A stretch of 46,269 bases of DNA from Desulfobacteraceae bacterium (GTDB lineage Bacteria; Desulfobacterota; DSM-4660; Desulfatiglandales; Desulfatiglandaceae). The notes beneath the pieces are model-generated. The model did no database searches and had not been told where the DNA came from. It saw nothing but the letters and a program-made list of their open reading frames with translations. The stretch covers positions 1-46,269 of the forward strand of contig DAOUXC010000001.1 in assembly GCA_030666795.1 (NCBI GenBank), written 5' to 3'. The position numbers and the translations under genes were made by a program. This document shows, in pieces, positions 43,671 through 46,269 of this stretch; position 1 is the stretch's first letter, and each line of letters begins with the position of its first letter.

Positions 43671-43864
43671 AGGGTCTTGAGGTCTTTTCTGAGTGACTGC
43701 CGGTAGGCCGCCGTCATTTCATGGAGTTACGGATGGGGGACCCCCTGGCTTCCCGCTTCTTTAGAAGCGGGGAGAACAGGGAGGGGGTAGGCATCACACA
43801 CCCGTAACTCCTTGAAATGACCAGGCCGGGAGACTCGGAATCGAAGAAAAGACCTCAAGACCCT
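43671..43864. repeat. 194-nt nested inverted-repeat element (MITE-like or structured RNA)
   Basis: Perfect 20-bp terminal IR (43671-43690 vs 43845-43864). Second 19/20 IR (43713-43732 vs 43802-43821). Apical part carries GGGGGACCCCC and CCCGCTTCT-tt-AGAAGCGGG. Confidence 0.6.
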
Positions 43865-44956
43865 GCCATCCCGTGAACAGTTGCCAGCGTTTAACCATTT
43901 CCTCGCACTCCCAAGGATATCATCCCCTTCCTCACTGAGGCCCTTAAAAAATGCCAAGGTATCTCTGATTGATTTTCCCTTTTTCTTTAATACAGCCTCA
44001 AAAAGATGAAAATTACGGTGGTAGAGCCCAACGGACATGAGATAGGCATTGTTCATTCCCTTGCTGCCGAAACGTTTGAAACGATTCGTCTTAAACCTGG
44101 CCTTGACATCCATGTAATCCTCAAGGAAAGCTGCAAAGATCTTTTCCCTTCCGGCTAATTTTTCCTGGTAGCTGATTTGGGAGTCGTAAAGATGTTCCAG
44201 CCTGTTAAGCAAGGGACGAAGGGAAGAGCAGAATATGCGTTCATCCTCGATAGATTTTTTTGCCTCCACGGTAAAAGGATGGGATGATCCTAATGTTTGA
44301 TCTAAAAAAAGGAACGCCCCCACCTTGCCCACGAGGACGGCCAGCCCCTCGTTGAATTCGCCCTGCCCTTTTACATACAGGGTGGTGTGCGTCATCTCGT
44401 GCAGGATGGTCTCCACAAGATCCACAGTGGAACCTTCGACTAAATTCAGGGTCACCGGGTCCTTGAACCAGCCTAATGTGCTGTAGGCCTCGGCCATACC
44501 CAGAATCACATCCAGATCCTTTTTTATGAGATTCTCTTTTTCCGCTTTTGCCTTTTCAAGATCAAAAAAGCCCAGATACGGCATGTCTCCAACAACCGGG
44601 AACCACCAGGTTATGCGCGCCAGGCGATCCTTGGGAGAGGCAGAGACAACATAGATAGGCCGTTTATTTGATTCCAGGTACACGGTTTTATAGTTCTCCG
44701 TCTTTTTTAACCCTAATTCCTTTTCCCCGAATTCCTTTATGCCGGCTACCAGTCGAAGACGCTCCTTCTGTTCGTACCCTAAAGAATCCTTTTTCAATGC
44801 ATCTTCAACCGGAATGGAGTCATTGACCAATCGAAACTGACCCGCTGCCACATGGCATATGTAGGCAATCCCGCAACCTGAGCAAAACAACATCAGGATC
44901 ATGGTCGCGGCTATTAATATTCCCGGATTTTTGAAAGCCTTTGTGTTCATACCCAC
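43727..44956 (-). CDS. putative zinc aminopeptidase (COG4324/PF10023-like) with element-derived C-terminal tail
   Basis: Lipoprotein-like N-terminus (LFCSGC), HEMTH zinc motif, EGLA downstream. The last roughly 46 codons are encoded by the inverted-repeat element. Confidence 0.72.
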   Translation of the reverse strand: MGMNTKAFKNPGILIAATMILMLFCSGCGIAYICHVAAGQFRLVNDSIPVEDALKKDSLGYEQKERLRLVAGIKEFGEKELGLKKTENYKTVYLESNKRPIYVVSASPKDRLARITWWFPVVGDMPYLGFFDLEKAKAEKENLIKKDLDVILGMAEAYSTLGWFKDPVTLNLVEGSTVDLVETILHEMTHTTLYVKGQGEFNEGLAVLVGKVGAFLFLDQTLGSSHPFTVEAKKSIEDERIFCSSLRPLLNRLEHLYDSQISYQEKLAGREKIFAAFLEDYMDVKARFKTNRFKRFGSKGMNNAYLMSVGLYHRNFHLFEAVLKKKGKSIRDTLAFFKGLSEEGDDILGSARKWLNAGNCSRDGRVLRSFLRFRVSRPGHFKELRVCDAYPLPVLPASKEAGSQGVPHP

Positions 44957-45328
44957 CCTTCAAATTGTTTAATTCAAGAGAATTTATTGTGGAACACCTT
45001 CTCCCTAAGAGGATGATATTTGATAGGGTTTAAATGATGGAGGAAAAATGATTTAAATTGAAAAGATTATAATTGAAAAAATCAAAGAGGGTCAAACGAA
45101 ATTGACATTCCAACAATAAAGTACCCCACCTCCTAACTATTTGACCATTGTCAGGATATGGGATATCATCCTGTAAAATGATAATAAATATGGGGGAATA
45201 GGCTGCTTTCGTAACTTGAGCCAGGTAAAACAAGAAAGGATGCTAAAAGATGTCTAAATCTTGAAGTGCGCTAAAGTGAACTGAAGTTAAGGAGTTCATC
45301 ACCTATAGGTTGATCCGGGGAGGGGAAA

Positions 45329-46269
45329 ATGGATGATAAACACAAAGTCCTGATCATGCGATGCGAGGAATACGATCCGGATAAGATTGCCGGTATCATC
45401 AAAGAGGGTATGGAAGAGCTGGATGTCCGGCCCACGGGAAGGATTCTCCTCAAGCCCAACGTGGTTATTGCCCACCCCGAAATTTTTCCCCATGCCTTTA
45501 CACGTAAAGAGTTCTTGGATGGGGCGATATCCGCCACAAAGGCCCGGGCCGAGGGAGTCGAGGAAATTGCCATGGGTGAGAGATCGGGTATCACTATTCC
45601 TACACGGTACAATTGCAGGAATGCCGGTTACCCGGCAGTCATAAAGAAACACAGGATAAAGACCTATTACTTTGATGAGGACAAGCAGGTCCCAATCACA
45701 TTGAAAAGAGAGGGGAGACTCAGGGACACGGTCTTTGTTCCAAAGCCGATTGCGCAATGCGACTTTCTCATCAACCTTCCCAAATTCAAGGCCCACCCCT
45801 GGTGCAGGCTGACCCTCAGCCTCAAAAATTTCATCGGGATACAGGATGACAGACACAGGTTAGTGGACCATAACCTTTTCTTAGAGCACAAGATCGCGGA
45901 CCTTCAGGAGGTTATCCAGCCCAAATTTATCGCAATAGACGCGATTACCGCCGGCCAGAAGATGATGCTGACACCGACCCCCTTTCACATGGGCGCCATC
46001 GTTATGGGGACGAATTCCTGTGCCGTGGATACGGTCGGCTGTCACATGGTCAATGTGGATCCCAATGATCTGATTCACCTCCGGTTTGCGTCAGAAAGGG
46101 GTTTTGGCCCCATGGATATAGGCGAAATCGAGGTCTCAGGAGATTTCCCCCTTGAAGAGATCCGGGAAAGAACCAGGGATTTCGAGTTCTGCCTGGAACG
46201 TATCGATGACTATTTCGGGAAAGACAGCAACCTCTCATGTACGGTGGGGACCTTTCCTGAAAAACATTC
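45329..46269 (+). CDS. DUF362 domain-containing protein (3' end outside the window)
   Basis: Not in the supplied ORF track because it has no stop in the window. I translated 313 codons by hand without a stop: MDDKHKVLIMRCEEYD...LLKPNVV...NLPKFKAHPWCRLTLSLKNFIG... GGGGAGGGG RBS. Confidence 0.8.
   Translation, partial: MDDKHKVLIMRCEEYDPDKIAGIIKEGMEELDVRPTGRILLKPNVVIAHPEIFPHAFTRKEFLDGAISATKARAEGVEEIAMGERSGITIPTRYNCRNAGYPAVIKKHRIKTYYFDEDKQVPITLKREGRLRDTVFVPKPIAQCDFLINLPKFKAHPWCRLTLSLKNFIGIQDDRHRLVDHNLFLEHKIADLQEVIQPKFIAIDAITAGQKMMLTPTPFHMGAIVMGTNSCAVDTVGCHMVNVDPNDLIHLRFASERGFGPMDIGEIEVSGDFPLEEIRERTRDFEFCLERIDDYFGKDSNLSCTVGTFPEKH

Overview
Dense bacterial chromosomal segment with about 45 supportable genes and no rRNA, tRNA or CRISPR array. 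Gene content (CooT, FmdE, GxxExxY, long FeoB, group II intron) suggests an anaerobic Desulfobacterota-like organism, which is inference only. Almost the whole window is a trace-metal homeostasis island. (1) 1680-12321, minus strand: a TonB-dependent receptor operon followed by an unusual set of secreted proteins (CbiF/CobM-like tetrapyrrole-methylase fold, DUF4198, nucleoside-hydrolase::FmdE fusion) and CooT/His-rich/CooT. Upstream of it lies an operon of a DxDxDG-repeat protein, exbB, exbD, a GxxExxY cassette and tonB. The receptor is one reading frame broken only by a single TGA that is followed by a SECIS-like hairpin. (2) 12878-16373: a small HTH gene, a three-gene Cys-rich/DUF2325 cassette, and a DtxR-family regulator with a FeoA-like C-terminal domain. 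(3) Two divergent feoAB systems. The second continues into a small secreted His/Cys protein, a second DUF4198 and a coiled-coil porin. (4) A histidine-kinase/response-regulator relic, a transglutaminase-like gene translationally coupled to an MBD-less CPC P1B-ATPase, and MarR plus MMPL/RND, a LolA-like protein and a beta-barrel. (5) A SAM methyltransferase and an FmdE-family gene split by an intact group II intron, whose exon junction can be reconstructed. (6) A DUF1007 plus NicO-like Ni/Co permease pair bracketed by 48-bp direct repeats, and a truncated DUF3108 gene. (7) ydbH-like plus a fused ynbE-ydbL-like ORF, a nested inverted-repeat element overlapping the 3' end of an aminopeptidase gene, and a DUF362 gene that runs off the window and is absent from the ORF track. 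Three sigma70-like promoters share a TTAGGA/TTAGGCA (DtxR half-site-like) architecture. All family calls come from motif recognition by eye; no searches were run.
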